Assembly: GCA_051546255.1 (NCBI GenBank) | Contig: CP128816.1 | Coordinates: 1,922,001-1,969,107, forward strand | Source of the DNA: Meyerozyma guilliermondii | Taxonomy: Eukaryota | DNA length: 47,107 nucleotides | Direction of reading: 5' to 3' | In this document: piece after piece, positions 10,591 to 20,637 of the stretch | Layout: each line of letters begins with the position of its first letter | Numbering within the stretch: the first letter of the stretch is position 1 | Made by a program: the position numbers and the translations under genes | Notes under the pieces: model-generated | What the model was told of the DNA's origin: nothing | Database searches by the model: none | Seen by the model: only the letters and a program-made list of their open reading frames with translations

Positions 10591-12786
10591 CTATACTCCC
10601 ACTCTCAACACATTTTGCCTTTGGTGACGAAACTTGATCACTTCATGTCGCTCAAGTATGTACAATGCCTTGTCAAGAGCAGCTATACTGGCCTTACCCG
10701 AATCAACAATTTCTCTGCGTAAAGTACGGTAGGCCGTCGACCACCCAATAGGCAAGCGCCTACGGAGCTCATTTTCCACTCTTTTGATCTCTTTGCTCAT
10801 TTCTCCCGAAGTAACCAATCCTCCACTGGAGACACCTTGATCCACAGCGTCCATAGTAGAGGCAGTAAACAAACGAATTGCCTCTTCAACATGATCCTCT
10901 GTTGCAACAGGAGACAATTGCAACTTGGCGAGCGATTCCGTTATACGAATAATGGCTTCGAGTTGTCTCACTGTGATGGGAATCGACGACCTCTCATTCA
11001 TATCGGCTTCATTAAGTTGTAAGCGTCGCCTTATAGCAACAAAATGGGAAGATAATCTCTCGGATGCATCGGCGCTCAATCGAGGAGCACACCGCAATTT
11101 GCAGTATTGGATATATCTCTTCATCTTGTCCACTGATATTTCACCTTCTTGTAAGGAATCCTGATTATTACTGTTGCCAGTGTGTACGTTCATCACATGT
11201 CTGGCAATAGACAAGTCTCTAGCCTCGTTATGGTCGTCCTTTACAATGAAAATCATATCGAAACGAGACAAAATTGTGGTTTGAAAATCAATGTTCTCAC
11301 CGGGACTCTTGAGATCATCGTAACGACCGAAAATGGGATTAGCTGCAGCCAATACTGAAGTTCTCGAGTTCAAAACGGTAGTGATACCAGCTTTGGCAAT
11401 GGAAATAGTCTGTTGTTCCATAGCTTCATGAATGGCAACTCTATCTTCATCTCTCATTTTATCAAACTCATCAATACAGACAACACCTCCATCTGCAAGG
11501 ACCATGGCACCACCTTCCAAGTAGAAATCTCTGGTCTGAGGATCACGTTGAACCGAGGCGGTTAAACCAGCAGCAGAAGAGCCTTTACCCGAAGTGTAGA
11601 CCGCTATAGGGGAGATTTTCTCCACAAATTTCAAAAGTTGAGACTTGGCGGTACCTGGATCACCAAGAAGAAGTACATTGATATCACCACGCAATCTCAT
11701 ACCGTCGGGTAAGACTTTCTTGGACCCACCCATCAAAAGACATGTTATAGCCTTCTTGATATCATCGTTCCCGTAAATCGAAGGAGCGATAGACTTTGCA
11801 AAGATATCATAAATGTTTGGCGTCCTAGACAACCTAAGAAATTCCTCTTCTTCCTCTTCGGTGAAAGTCAAACCCTGGTCTCCGGGACCACCCTCGACAT
11901 CTGTTTGGAAACTGAGTACACGAAGGTAAGGGTTTCTGATAGCCACCGTTGAAACATTAGCATTGGCTTTCTGCCTGGACTGGTATATACTGTAGATTCC
12001 AACAATTGATACTCTTGTACCTGGAACCACCTGGTTGGTCATATATCTGTCTGCTTGAAGAATAATGTGCCGTGGCATTTCACCCACGGGGACCATATCG
12101 GGAGATTCTTGGAGTTTGAGTACTTGCTGGTCCACAAATGTCGATTTATCATGGACAATGGTGTAGGGTTCAGGAGGACACTTTGTCTGAGTTGTAGATT
12201 CGTCGAAATTGTGAGCACCTTGGCACCTGTTGGGCATGCTTATTTGGCCAAACCCACTGGCAACTTTGATTCTCATCGTATGTTTGCAATTGCGGCATAA
12301 GAGTTGGACTTGGGTTGCTCTGGAAGACAAGACTGACGATGAGATTATTATTCCACTAACTCTGACAATCCTGGAGATATGGTCCGAGTCCAAGTGACGG
12401 ATGGACACATTGCCTGCGTTGGAGTATAAAATGAGCTGGCATATGGGGAAGTTTGTGGGAACTTCTTCGTTACTTAAATAAGCGATTCTTTTTGCAATTT
12501 CTGTAATGGCTGCCTCGAAGAGAGGAATCATCTCTGTAGGTTCATCAGCCAACTTCTTGTTGAGTTCATCGTTGAATCCAATTAGATGGTCTGTGTTTAC
12601 GCGCAAAAAGTAGTTTTTGATCAACAAGTTTTCTCGGAGTTGGTCTCGGTAAATGAACTGGGAATTGAGACGAAATTCAAGAATAAAAGACCTGAACGCC
12701 TTTGTGATTTCATTAAACGAGTTGTCTTGGGGTTCTTCTCCTGGAAGGACCTGGGCACCGAATACATCGCCTCGTTCGAAAGACAT
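10591..12786 (-). CDS. MCM5: Replicative helicase subunit MCM5
   Basis: [12 protein letters not shown]alker A, IDEFDKM, SRFD arginine finger, MCM5-type PVGEMPRH and RRRLPIGW; start at ATG 12786. Confidence 0.96.
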   Translation of the reverse strand: MSFERGDVFGAQVLPGEEPQDNSFNEITKAFRSFILEFRLNSQFIYRDQLRENLLIKNYFLRVNTDHLIGFNDELNKKLADEPTEMIPLFEAAITEIAKRIAYLSNEEVPTNFPICQLILYSNAGNVSIRHLDSDHISRIVRVSGIIISSSVLSSRATQVQLLCRNCKHTMRIKVASGFGQISMPNRCQGAHNFDESTTQTKCPPEPYTIVHDKSTFVDQQVLKLQESPDMVPVGEMPRHIILQADRYMTNQVVPGTRVSIVGIYSIYQSRQKANANVSTVAIRNPYLRVLSFQTDVEGGPGDQGLTFTEEEEEEFLRLSRTPNIYDIFAKSIAPSIYGNDDIKKAITCLLMGGSKKVLPDGMRLRGDINVLLLGDPGTAKSQLLKFVEKISPIAVYTSGKGSSAAGLTASVQRDPQTRDFYLEGGAMVLADGGVVCIDEFDKMRDEDRVAIHEAMEQQTISIAKAGITTVLNSRTSVLAAANPIFGRYDDLKSPGENIDFQTTILSRFDMIFIVKDDHNEARDLSIARHVMNVHTGNSNNQDSLQEGEISVDKMKRYIQYCKLRCAPRLSADASERLSSHFVAIRRRLQLNEADMNERSSIPITVRQLEAIIRITESLAKLQLSPVATEDHVEEAIRLFTASTMDAVDQGVSSGGLVTSGEMSKEIKRVENELRRRLPIGWSTAYRTLRREIVDSGKASIAALDKALYILERHEVIKFRHQRQNVLRVGV

Positions 12787-12921
12787 GATATTGGATGAAG
12801 AAAACGAAGGGAAGAGATTATGATGCGCGGGACGTGTACGTTGGCCCAAAAGGGAAAAATTACGTGCATTTTGACGGATATGTAAGTGCATGCAGGTTTA
12901 CTCAATTCTACTATAGACGTT

Positions 12922-13437
12922 ATGCTACGATTTAGACACTTTTGTGGGAGCCTGCGCCATATATCAACTTCTGGTCATCTCTTCAAACTCCTCAAGAAGA
13001 ATGAGCTTCCGCCTCGGCCAAAATGGCTTATAGTGGAGGAAGAAATCAAAGAGGTATTTCTAAAAGGTGGAAGAGGACCAGGAGGCCAAAAGATCAATAA
13101 AAGTAATAGCAAGGTCCAGCTCACCCATATACCGACCGGTACAGTCGTCACATGTCAGTATTCTCGATCTCAGGAGCAGAATCGGAAAAAAGCTCGAGAA
13201 ATATTGGCTCTCAAACTTGAAGAGCTTCAGAACCCACAGGGTTGTAGAACTGCCGTTCTCCGAGATCGTGAGTCAAAAGTTAAGCTCAACAAGGCAAAAA
13301 AATCTTCAAGAAAGTATAGGACAATAGAAGAACAACGGCGACTAGAGCAGGCCATCGAAGATAAAGAGAATGAAACTTTGATAGATATCGAAGAAGAGTT
13401 TGAATCTCTAAGAGAGAAACTCACTAAAAGACTGTAA
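12922..13437 (+). CDS. Mitochondrial class-I release-factor-like peptidyl-tRNA hydrolase (C12orf65/YLR281C-like)
   Basis: FLKGGRGPGGQKINKSNSKVQLTHIPTG..VTCQYSRSQEQNRKKAR (GGQ domain), basic C-terminus, presequence-like N-terminus. Confidence 0.88.
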   Translation: MLRFRHFCGSLRHISTSGHLFKLLKKNELPPRPKWLIVEEEIKEVFLKGGRGPGGQKINKSNSKVQLTHIPTGTVVTCQYSRSQEQNRKKAREILALKLEELQNPQGCRTAVLRDRESKVKLNKAKKSSRKYRTIEEQRRLEQAIEDKENETLIDIEEEFESLREKLTKRL

Positions 13438-13464
13438 TATACACTATTCTACACTACTATACAT

Positions 13465-14634
13465 TTACCCACCTTTGTATTGTTTCCATTCTTCCAACGT
13501 TTTGAGCGAATCTTGCCAATTCTTGCGTACAATTTCCAATTCCTTCTCAAGTTTGTCAACAGTTTCACTGGAGTAAGCTCCTCCATAATTGGCCATCTTT
13601 AGCTCCACAAGCTCAACGACGTTATGATAGTGTTTGTAGATGTTGTTCAAAAATGGCTTTGCGAGTGGCTCGAACGCTTCTATGTCATTGTTGAGATCTT
13701 TTGAGCTGACACTATTGAGGGCCTCAGAAGTGAGTTCTCGCAAGTCAACTATTTCAGATGGGCTGGGGACGTCCGCTAGCGTGCTGCTCATGCCATTGTT
13801 GAGATTCAGGACGTAGTTGTTGATCAGTGATAAAAATTTGGAAAACTTGTAGTTTTCTCGTATCAAATTCTGGACCATTTCTGTCAACAGATTGGCAATT
13901 GTCTCATATTCTTGGCTCACAATTGGTGTGAGCTTTCGAGGCAGAAGCGCTGTACTTGAAGCAGCATTATTGACAATGGGAGTGTTATTGTAGATGATAT
14001 TGGGGTTTACGGTCTCATTCAAATCATGTGAACTGGTTGCTGTATCTGGTGATGGATATGGAAGTCCCATTGTCAATGTCGACGACAAGTTCCTCTTCTC
14101 CAAAAGCTTTGATTTTAAAGACGTTATCTCGATATTTCGACGCCTTATTTCGACTCCATACTTGGTTTTGATGTCCTTGCACCAGTTATTGAGTCGATTT
14201 AAATCTTGTGATTGGAGTTTGTTTATCTGAGTCAAAGATTGTACCTTTTTGTTCAATTGGGTATGGTCAAACTGGTAAAGCTTACTGATTTGCATCTGTT
14301 GTTGCGATACTTGGGTGGTTAACTGGTCGATTTTTTTGTTCAAGTTGGCAATGGTGGCATCTTTCTGGGACAATTGGCGATTGAAAGCCTGGTTCTGTGC
14401 TTTATTTCGCTCTATTGACTTTAAAAGCGAAAAAACAATGTTTATTATGTTTTTGTCATTATTGTAAACAACATCGGTGGTCTCAAGGGAGACTTGTTGT
14501 GGTTGATCTGACAGCAAATGGGACCAATCAATGGTATTAAAGTAAAGCTTTTCGTCCACATAGCCTTTGGAAAGAAGGGTAGAGTTTATTAGGTCTGCAG
14601 CGTTGCGGAGTGACTCGATATCTAGATAAGACAT
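13465..14634 (-). CDS. Coiled-coil protein, probably ADIP (afadin/alpha-actinin-binding, Msd1/SSX2IP/Atg25-like) family
   Basis: N-terminus LRNAADLINSTLLSKGY...IINIVFSLL followed by a long heptad region. Family assigned from memory. Confidence 0.6.
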   Translation of the reverse strand: MSYLDIESLRNAADLINSTLLSKGYVDEKLYFNTIDWSHLLSDQPQQVSLETTDVVYNNDKNIINIVFSLLKSIERNKAQNQAFNRQLSQKDATIANLNKKIDQLTTQVSQQQMQISKLYQFDHTQLNKKVQSLTQINKLQSQDLNRLNNWCKDIKTKYGVEIRRRNIEITSLKSKLLEKRNLSSTLTMGLPYPSPDTATSSHDLNETVNPNIIYNNTPIVNNAASSTALLPRKLTPIVSQEYETIANLLTEMVQNLIRENYKFSKFLSLINNYVLNLNNGMSSTLADVPSPSEIVDLRELTSEALNSVSSKDLNNDIEAFEPLAKPFLNNIYKHYHNVVELVELKMANYGGAYSSETVDKLEKELEIVRKNWQDSLKTLEEWKQYKGG

Positions 14635-14716
14635 GTTAAATTTGGTGAGAAATAAAAAATGAGAAGTTGATGAAAAAATGCTACTATGGGGTAATACCAA
14701 TAATTTTTATATCTAC

Positions 14717-15398
14717 TTAGTGATGCTCTTCTTCCTCCTCAAACACAAACCAATCCTCGGCTGGAGCGGCTTCTCCCTTTGGAGCAGATTGGGTCTCTAC
14801 TTCCGCAGACTCGTAGGCAGAAACTCCATCGGCAGAGATTTCCGATTCTGGAACAGATGGCTTAGCTGGCAATTTGAAAGGCTTGACGGCCTCTTCGGCG
14901 TCCTTGGCAGAAATTGGGGAGGGCTTGAACTCCTTGATGTTTTGGATGTACAAGTCAGAAACCAAGTTGCATCTTCTTGATGCGACAGAGAAGGATCTGG
15001 TTAAGCGCTGAGTTAGTATGAGCGAGAGATAAGGGGAAACACTGAATCAAGGAAATGAGGGTCTTTGCAATTGCATGAAATATGGGCCATGTTCTGGAAG
15101 TGAGTAATCATAAAGATTGGTGAGGTTAAACAAATAAATGACAAATATGACGATGAGAATACCAAAAATTGAACGGTAATTGTACTATAATTGTGTCAGA
15201 AACCGATGGTTTTGTTCATATTCGAGATCTTATTCAACTTTCAAGTCATTGACTTATTTTCCGTTTCAAAGAAGCGCCTCTTTGACTTTTATAACCACAA
15301 ATTTTCATGCATACACCTCTTCCCCAGCATACGCGCAGTCAACATAATAGAACTGTGTAGCCCCCTGTTTAGCTACTTACCAATGACTGTCTAAACAT
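14717..15398 (-). CDS. ATP14: Mitochondrial ATP synthase subunit h; 2 exons (15381-15398, 14717-15007)
   Basis: LVSDLYIQNIKEFKP, KPFKLPAKP, EDWFVFEEEEEHH. Exon 1 MFRQSL joins in frame to RLTRSFSVASRRCN (presequence) across GTAAGT...TACTAACTCAG. Confidence 0.92.
15008..15380 (-). other. 373-nt phase-0 intron of ATP14
   Basis: 5' splice site GTAAGT (15375-15380); TACTAAC immediately followed by TCAG. Confidence 0.85.
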
Positions 15399-15476
15399 GG
15401 TGTCTGTGAGCGACTCAATGATTCTTCACCCGACTTCGGGTCGCGGGCGTGCGCACACCGCTTTTGTGAGAGTGTC

Positions 15477-15483
15477 TGATTGG
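15477..15483 (-). promoter_or_regulatory. CCAAT box (Hap complex) upstream of ATP14
   Basis: TGATTGG (=CCAATCA) ~80 bp upstream of a respiratory gene, in the short divergent ATP14/YHC1 promoter. Confidence 0.5.
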
Positions 15484-15510
15484 CCGGTTTCCGGATGTCT
15501 TTACTAGGTG

Positions 15511-15861
15511 ATGCCCAAGTACTATTGTGACTATTGTAAGTCATACCTTACACATGACACCTTGAGTGTTCGTAAGTCACATTTGTTAGGCAAGAACCAT
15601 ATTAGATACTACTGCAATTACTACGAACAAAAAGCAAAAGAATCAGGTATATGGGATCCTGTCGATAGTCCATATGAAGTCAACTTGGATTATATACAAA
15701 ATGGAGCTCCAGGAACTTCCTACAGTAAACCCCAAAAGTTTATGCTTCCCCCACCTCCATCTCTAGGTGGTTTTCCCGCTCCTCCACCGCAAGCGGTAGA
15801 TTATACCAAGGAAGATGATGCGGCTGTTGCAGCCATGCGAGAAGCAGAGAATCAATGGTAG
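15511..15861 (+). CDS. YHC1: U1 snRNP protein C
   Basis: MPKYYCDYCKSYLTHDTLSVRKSHLLGKNH zinc finger and Pro-rich tail. Confidence 0.95.
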   Translation: MPKYYCDYCKSYLTHDTLSVRKSHLLGKNHIRYYCNYYEQKAKESGIWDPVDSPYEVNLDYIQNGAPGTSYSKPQKFMLPPPPSLGGFPAPPPQAVDYTKEDDAAVAAMREAENQW

Positions 15862-15877
15862 TAGAATTAAAGCGTAG

Positions 15878-15991
15878 AGCGCTCAGATTAACAAGATTTT
15901 GGTAAGGGAGACAAATGTATAACTAGCCATCAATACAGGTCAAAAGGCTGACCCACTAATAGAGATCAATAAAGTTACATCATCATAATTC
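15878..15991 (-). ncRNA. Box C/D snoRNA candidate (U30/SNORD30-like guide plus a second 25S antisense element)
   Basis: Box C ATGATGA (15980-15986), box D CTGA (15883-15886), C'-like TTGATGG (15927-15933) and flanking inverted repeat GTAGAATT/AATTCTAC. Carries 13-nt and 15-nt complementarities to conserved 25S rRNA sequences. Confidence 0.75.
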
Positions 15992-16100
15992 TACACGCAA
16001 TTAATTGATTATTGATTGCTATTTATTCTGAACGATGCCAATGTGGCTACGGCGCCTCATAGACCCATTGTCATCACGCAGACGGCGCTCGCTGAGGAAA

Positions 16101-16745
16101 CTACAAATCAGCATCATCCTCATCGGGCAATGGCAAAGCCGTGGCCTGGTCCATCTCTTGCTGGTATTTTTGCATCAACTCGGCATCCACCTGGACCTCA
16201 GGAGGAGCCAAGGCTGGGGCAGCCACAAAGCTCAATTGTGGGTTACCGACCAACTTTCTGGCTAACCACAAAAATGGCTTTTCAAAGTTGTAGTTGGATT
16301 TGGCGGAGATGTCGTAGTATTGCAAGTTCTTCTTTCTGTGGAATGTGATGGTCTTGGCCTTGACCTTTCTTTCCTTGACATCGACCTTGTTTCCACACAA
16401 CACAATTGGAATGTTCTCGCAAACTCTCACCAAATCACGGTGCCAGTTGGGAACATTCTTGTAAGTGATTCTAGATGTAACGTCAAACATGATGATTCCA
16501 CATTGACCGTTGATGTAGTAGCCGTCTCTCAATCCACCAAACTTCTCTTGTCCAGCGGTATCCCACACATCAAATTTCAATTCACCAAAATCGGTGTGGA
16601 AACCTAAAGGATGCACCTCTACACCCAAGGTGGCGATGTATTTCTTTTCAAATTCTCCAGTCAAGTGTCTCTTGACGAAGGTGGTCTTACCAGTACCTCC
16701 GTCTCCGACTAACACCAATTTAAATGTTGGAACTTCTTGGGCCAT
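16101..16745 (-). CDS. GSP1: Ran GTPase
   Basis: [33 protein letters not shown] and acidic tail DEDDADL; start at ATG 16745. Confidence 0.98.
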   Translation of the reverse strand: MAQEVPTFKLVLVGDGGTGKTTFVKRHLTGEFEKKYIATLGVEVHPLGFHTDFGELKFDVWDTAGQEKFGGLRDGYYINGQCGIIMFDVTSRITYKNVPNWHRDLVRVCENIPIVLCGNKVDVKERKVKAKTITFHRKKNLQYYDISAKSNYNFEKPFLWLARKLVGNPQLSFVAAPALAPPEVQVDAELMQKYQQEMDQATALPLPDEDDADL

Positions 16746-17676
16746 GGTTAGTGTTGCTGAGGAGTGTTGTTTTTTTGTGATCGAAAATTTTTCGCACACA
16801 CCCCGATGATTTGTCAGGGACAACCGCGGCTTATGTCAGCCGTCTCACTCCGCGAATTTTCCACTGCCCCTCGTGGTGGTTGGGCCGGAAGCGAAATTGC
16901 GCGCCTAATCAAGGGTCGCGGCTGCCGAGGGCCGCCTTCGGGGTACAACTTTGTGCGTTTCGGTGCATCGTTTTTCGCAAACATGCCTACTGCGGTATTG
17001 ACGATCTTTCGTTTCGCGCCTTGCACGGACGAAAAATAATCCCACGCACTTGACCTCAGTCGTACCGAACTAGTTCCCCGCGCCGCAACCAATAACTTCG
17101 CACCATAAAATTCCCGCCTGATGCTGGTGTCTAAGGGTGCAATATGCGTTTGCAAATCTTTGCAAGATATGAATACTTGAGCTAGTGTTGTAGTCTTATG
17201 TCGTTCATGTAGTTTCCGTCTCTTTTGATATTACTTTCCCTGTTTCACCTAGACTGTAGTTGCGGTGGTTACTGGCGGGGCGACATTTTTTTCTTTTTCG
17301 CGACTATAGAAACCTCACCGTTATTCTTTACTTGGCGTCACCTTATTGTTTTTTGGCATAGCTTCGTCACCTTAGGTCTGCAGTTGCACTTTCCAGCACC
17401 TGACCCTTGTCTTTCGTTGTACTTCTGGCGACTCTTCATTCAGACTCAAAACGATATCTGGATACGGGTTGACGATTTCTTCGTAACTACCATTATTACC
17501 CACGTACTCACGACCGCCGCCAGGCATTGATACCAGCGTGGAATACAAACACACGTCCGTTTGTTCACCTCTCGTCGACTACAAAATTACACATTCGCCG
17601 TTTTTTCAGTGGAAAGTTACAGCCAATTTGAAAATATCACCAACTGAAAATTAACACTTTTGGCACTTCATCTTCT

Positions 17677-20601
17677 ATGATGTATCCATATCAACCATAC
17701 TACCAGTACTACCCGTACCAGGGCTACCAGCAGCATCCAAATCCTCAGCCATACCTGTCTTATCCATATGAGCAACCTTCCGTGGATCCTCTTCCCCCAC
17801 AGCCCATGCTCCCGTCGAACTTATTTTCGCCCTATGTTCCAGCGGTTCCTTCTATGCCACTGTCGCAGTCTATGGCACCATCGCCTATGTTGAGACAGTA
17901 TATTGCCAACATGCCGGTGCCCCAGCAGCCACAAACTGCTCCACAATCGCCATATCTCACCCCGCTTAACAACAACAATAGCTTGGACCAGCTCAATCTC
18001 TCACGCACGGTGGTGCTCAAGAACATTGACAAGGAAGTGTCGCTTAACCAGCTACTTGGTGAAATTGACCATGGGCCCATTGAATACTGTAAGATGTTCG
18101 AACGCCCAGCCCCGAAGCATATCACCGATTGCGACACCGTCAAGTACTGTTACATTTCATTCATCAACTCAAAAGTTTCTATTTGCTTCCACTTGAAATA
18201 CTCCAAGAGCAATTACAATCTCACCAAGTTAAAAGAGCGCCTTAATGACTCTAAGCACCTTAAGATTCTTCTCAATGAGACGTACCAGAATCAGGGTGGT
18301 ATAGGCGGTCGCAGCACCAACAAACAAGACTATATCAAGCTCAAAACCCTCAATTACATCATGGAGTTCAACGCCACTCGTTGTGTACTTATCAAGTTTG
18401 ATGTGTCTCCTGCTTTCTCTGAAAATGATCTCGAATTTAACAGTCTCAAAACTAATGTCAAAGAAACCTGCTCCAAATATGGCGAGGTGGAGGACTACAA
18501 GGTTACGTTCAACAAGGAAAAGCGCGAGTTCAAAGCAACGGTCCATTTTACTTCGATTGATGCGGCCATCAAGACCTATGAGTACTTCTTGAAACGCATT
18601 CTGGTGGAAAAAATGGATAGGGATCACGACGACGTGGATTTAGTTGTGGACGCTAAAGTTACGGCTATAAATTTCCACAAAGACCGTTGTGACCGTACTG
18701 ACTTGGAGAAGCGCCCTCAGAGTAGCATTCCTCGAAGTATGATGTCAGAAACGTCGCTATCGAGCAATTCTCCCCATCCTCTTCGGGAAGAGGTAACTAT
18801 CAATGAAAAAACCAAAAATGTGACTTCGGAGGACTCAGTTCAGAATGCCGATACCACCCTGCTGGAATCTGCGGGACCGGTTGATGGTGATTTGACATTT
18901 GAAGATTCGCAAGATCTTCACATTTCCCCTCCAGGATCCCCCATATTTAGGAATGAAGGTGTCATTCTCACTCCTCAGTCCACCGCTGCATCGGAAACTC
19001 ACCTGTACAATAGAAATCCAGTCAGAACCCACGGTTCCGCACCATTCCCTTATAATCCCGATCCCTTCAATATCGGTAATAGAACTATTTACTTGGGTAA
19101 CCTTCATCCAAGTTCCACTATTGAAGAGATTGCTAATAACGTACGTGCTGGAGGACTAGTTGAGTCGATTAATTATCGCCCCGAGAAACGTGTGTGTTTT
19201 ATTACATTTGTGGACCCTAACATTGCTCTCAAGTTTTACTTGAATCATCAAGTATTGCATCAGCTTATTATACATGGATATGACATTACAGTTGGCTGGG
19301 CCAAGAATCATTCTGGTCCCTTGAGCAGAGAAGTTTCGTTGGCGGTGACTGCTGGGGCATCTAGAAATGTCTATATTGGGTTCAAGCTGAAAAGGGATGA
19401 TATGGACCCGACATTAAGCACCAAAATTGATCCGGAGAATCAAGTGCCATTGCCAAGCGAGGAACAATTGCGAGCAGATTTCTCCAAGTTTGGTGATTTG
19501 GAGCAGATCAACTTTTATCACAACCGCGATTGTGGGTTCTTAAACTTCTTGAATATTATTGATGCTATTCATTTGGTCGAGATGTTTGAATCTCAAGATA
19601 TAGAGAAGATCAACAGCATTGCTCAAGATGAGGGCCAGTTTTACGAAAGGTATGGAAAATTCAAAATAAGTTTTGCAAAGGACAGATGTGGAAATCCTCC
19701 AAAGTTTAGCTACAAGAAGAGATCAAGAAGACGTGAGAGAATTGATTTCACCTACAATGGCGAAGAATTGCCAATTATTGGAGAAAGATCGTCAAGAGCA
19801 GGGAATGAGATTTTCCGTGAAAATGGCATTGATATCAGTGAATCGAACCAAAAAATTCCCAAGGAAGCAGCTATGGTATTTGGAATTACTAGCAAGGATA
19901 GTGATTCCGAGAAAGAAACTTTTAATGAGCCGGATTTGCCTGCTGTCAAGGGCTTACTGCTTGGTGGAGAATCTAGTGACGAAAAAGGCGTCGATTCCAC
20001 AAAACAGGCGTTTGAGGGAGATTCCAAGCATGATGGGAAAGCTGGAAAGGAACATAAAATTACAATTGAAGAAGAAGAAAAAGCTTACGAAGAGGAGGAA
20101 GACGACGAGGAAGAGGAGGAAGACGATGATGTTTCCATCATTATAGGATCTGATGACACTGCTTCCACTACGGCTAACAATAGCAACAAGGAGGACACAA
20201 AAAGGTCAAGTTATTTCAAGAACAAAACAAACACCAATGTCAGAAAGCCATATCGCAACCTTTCGAGTTCTTCCCTCAACTCGCAGGGCCACTATCATAA
20301 ACCCTACGAGCCTCATTATAGCAAGTTCCCTCCTGCTCCATATCACCACCAACAGCCACACCATTACTATATGCCTCCGCAAGGCCCTCCACGCATGAAT
20401 TACGGTTACTATCCTCCTACGCCGGCGCCAATGCCTCCGCAGTATCCTCAATATCCTGCTTCTCGAGGACAGTATTCTTCTTCAGGATCGCAAGTTATGG
20501 CGCAGTACCTAGCCAAAGCTCAACATGACAATTTGCTTTATGCAGCTAGCGTTCTTTCTCATGATTACGATTTTGAAGGAGACTATAATTATGGTCGTTA
20601 G
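17677..20601 (+). CDS. Multi-RRM RNA-binding protein, Nab6/Mrn1 family, with Pro/Tyr/Gln-rich termini
   Basis: SRTVVLKNI, NRTIYLGNL...CFITFVDP...VGWAK and GASRNVYIG...CGFLNFLNI...ISFAKDRCG RRM pairs. Confidence 0.8.
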   Translation: MMYPYQPYYQYYPYQGYQQHPNPQPYLSYPYEQPSVDPLPPQPMLPSNLFSPYVPAVPSMPLSQSMAPSPMLRQYIANMPVPQQPQTAPQSPYLTPLNNNNSLDQLNLSRTVVLKNIDKEVSLNQLLGEIDHGPIEYCKMFERPAPKHITDCDTVKYCYISFINSKVSICFHLKYSKSNYNLTKLKERLNDSKHLKILLNETYQNQGGIGGRSTNKQDYIKLKTLNYIMEFNATRCVLIKFDVSPAFSENDLEFNSLKTNVKETCSKYGEVEDYKVTFNKEKREFKATVHFTSIDAAIKTYEYFLKRILVEKMDRDHDDVDLVVDAKVTAINFHKDRCDRTDLEKRPQSSIPRSMMSETSLSSNSPHPLREEVTINEKTKNVTSEDSVQNADTTLLESAGPVDGDLTFEDSQDLHISPPGSPIFRNEGVILTPQSTAASETHLYNRNPVRTHGSAPFPYNPDPFNIGNRTIYLGNLHPSSTIEEIANNVRAGGLVESINYRPEKRVCFITFVDPNIALKFYLNHQVLHQLIIHGYDITVGWAKNHSGPLSREVSLAVTAGASRNVYIGFKLKRDDMDPTLSTKIDPENQVPLPSEEQLRADFSKFGDLEQINFYHNRDCGFLNFLNIIDAIHLVEMFESQDIEKINSIAQDEGQFYERYGKFKISFAKDRCGNPPKFSYKKRSRRRERIDFTYNGEELPIIGERSSRAGNEIFRENGIDISESNQKIPKEAAMVFGITSKDSDSEKETFNEPDLPAVKGLLLGGESSDEKGVDSTKQAFEGDSKHDGKAGKEHKITIEEEEKAYEEEEDDEEEEEDDDVSIIIGSDDTASTTANNSNKEDTKRSSYFKNKTNTNVRKPYRNLSSSSLNSQGHYHKPYEPHYSKFPPAPYHHQQPHHYYMPPQGPPRMNYGYYPPTPAPMPPQYPQYPASRGQYSSSGSQVMAQYLAKAQHDNLLYAASVLSHDYDFEGDYNYGR

Positions 20602-20637
20602 ATTCCAATATATACAAATGCGCTTCATGGTATTGTC

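Noticed and set aside
16025..16077. Second C/D snoRNA (GTGATGA...CAGA) just downstream of the GSP1 stop
   Set aside because: Only ~50 nt, non-canonical D box and only mismatched rRNA complementarity.
16811..17554. GC-rich short ORFs or a structured RNA (RNase P/MRP, telomerase RNA) between GSP1 and the RRM gene
   Set aside because: No conserved RNase P/MRP motif or telomere-template match seen; best explained as a divergent promoter and long 5' UTR.
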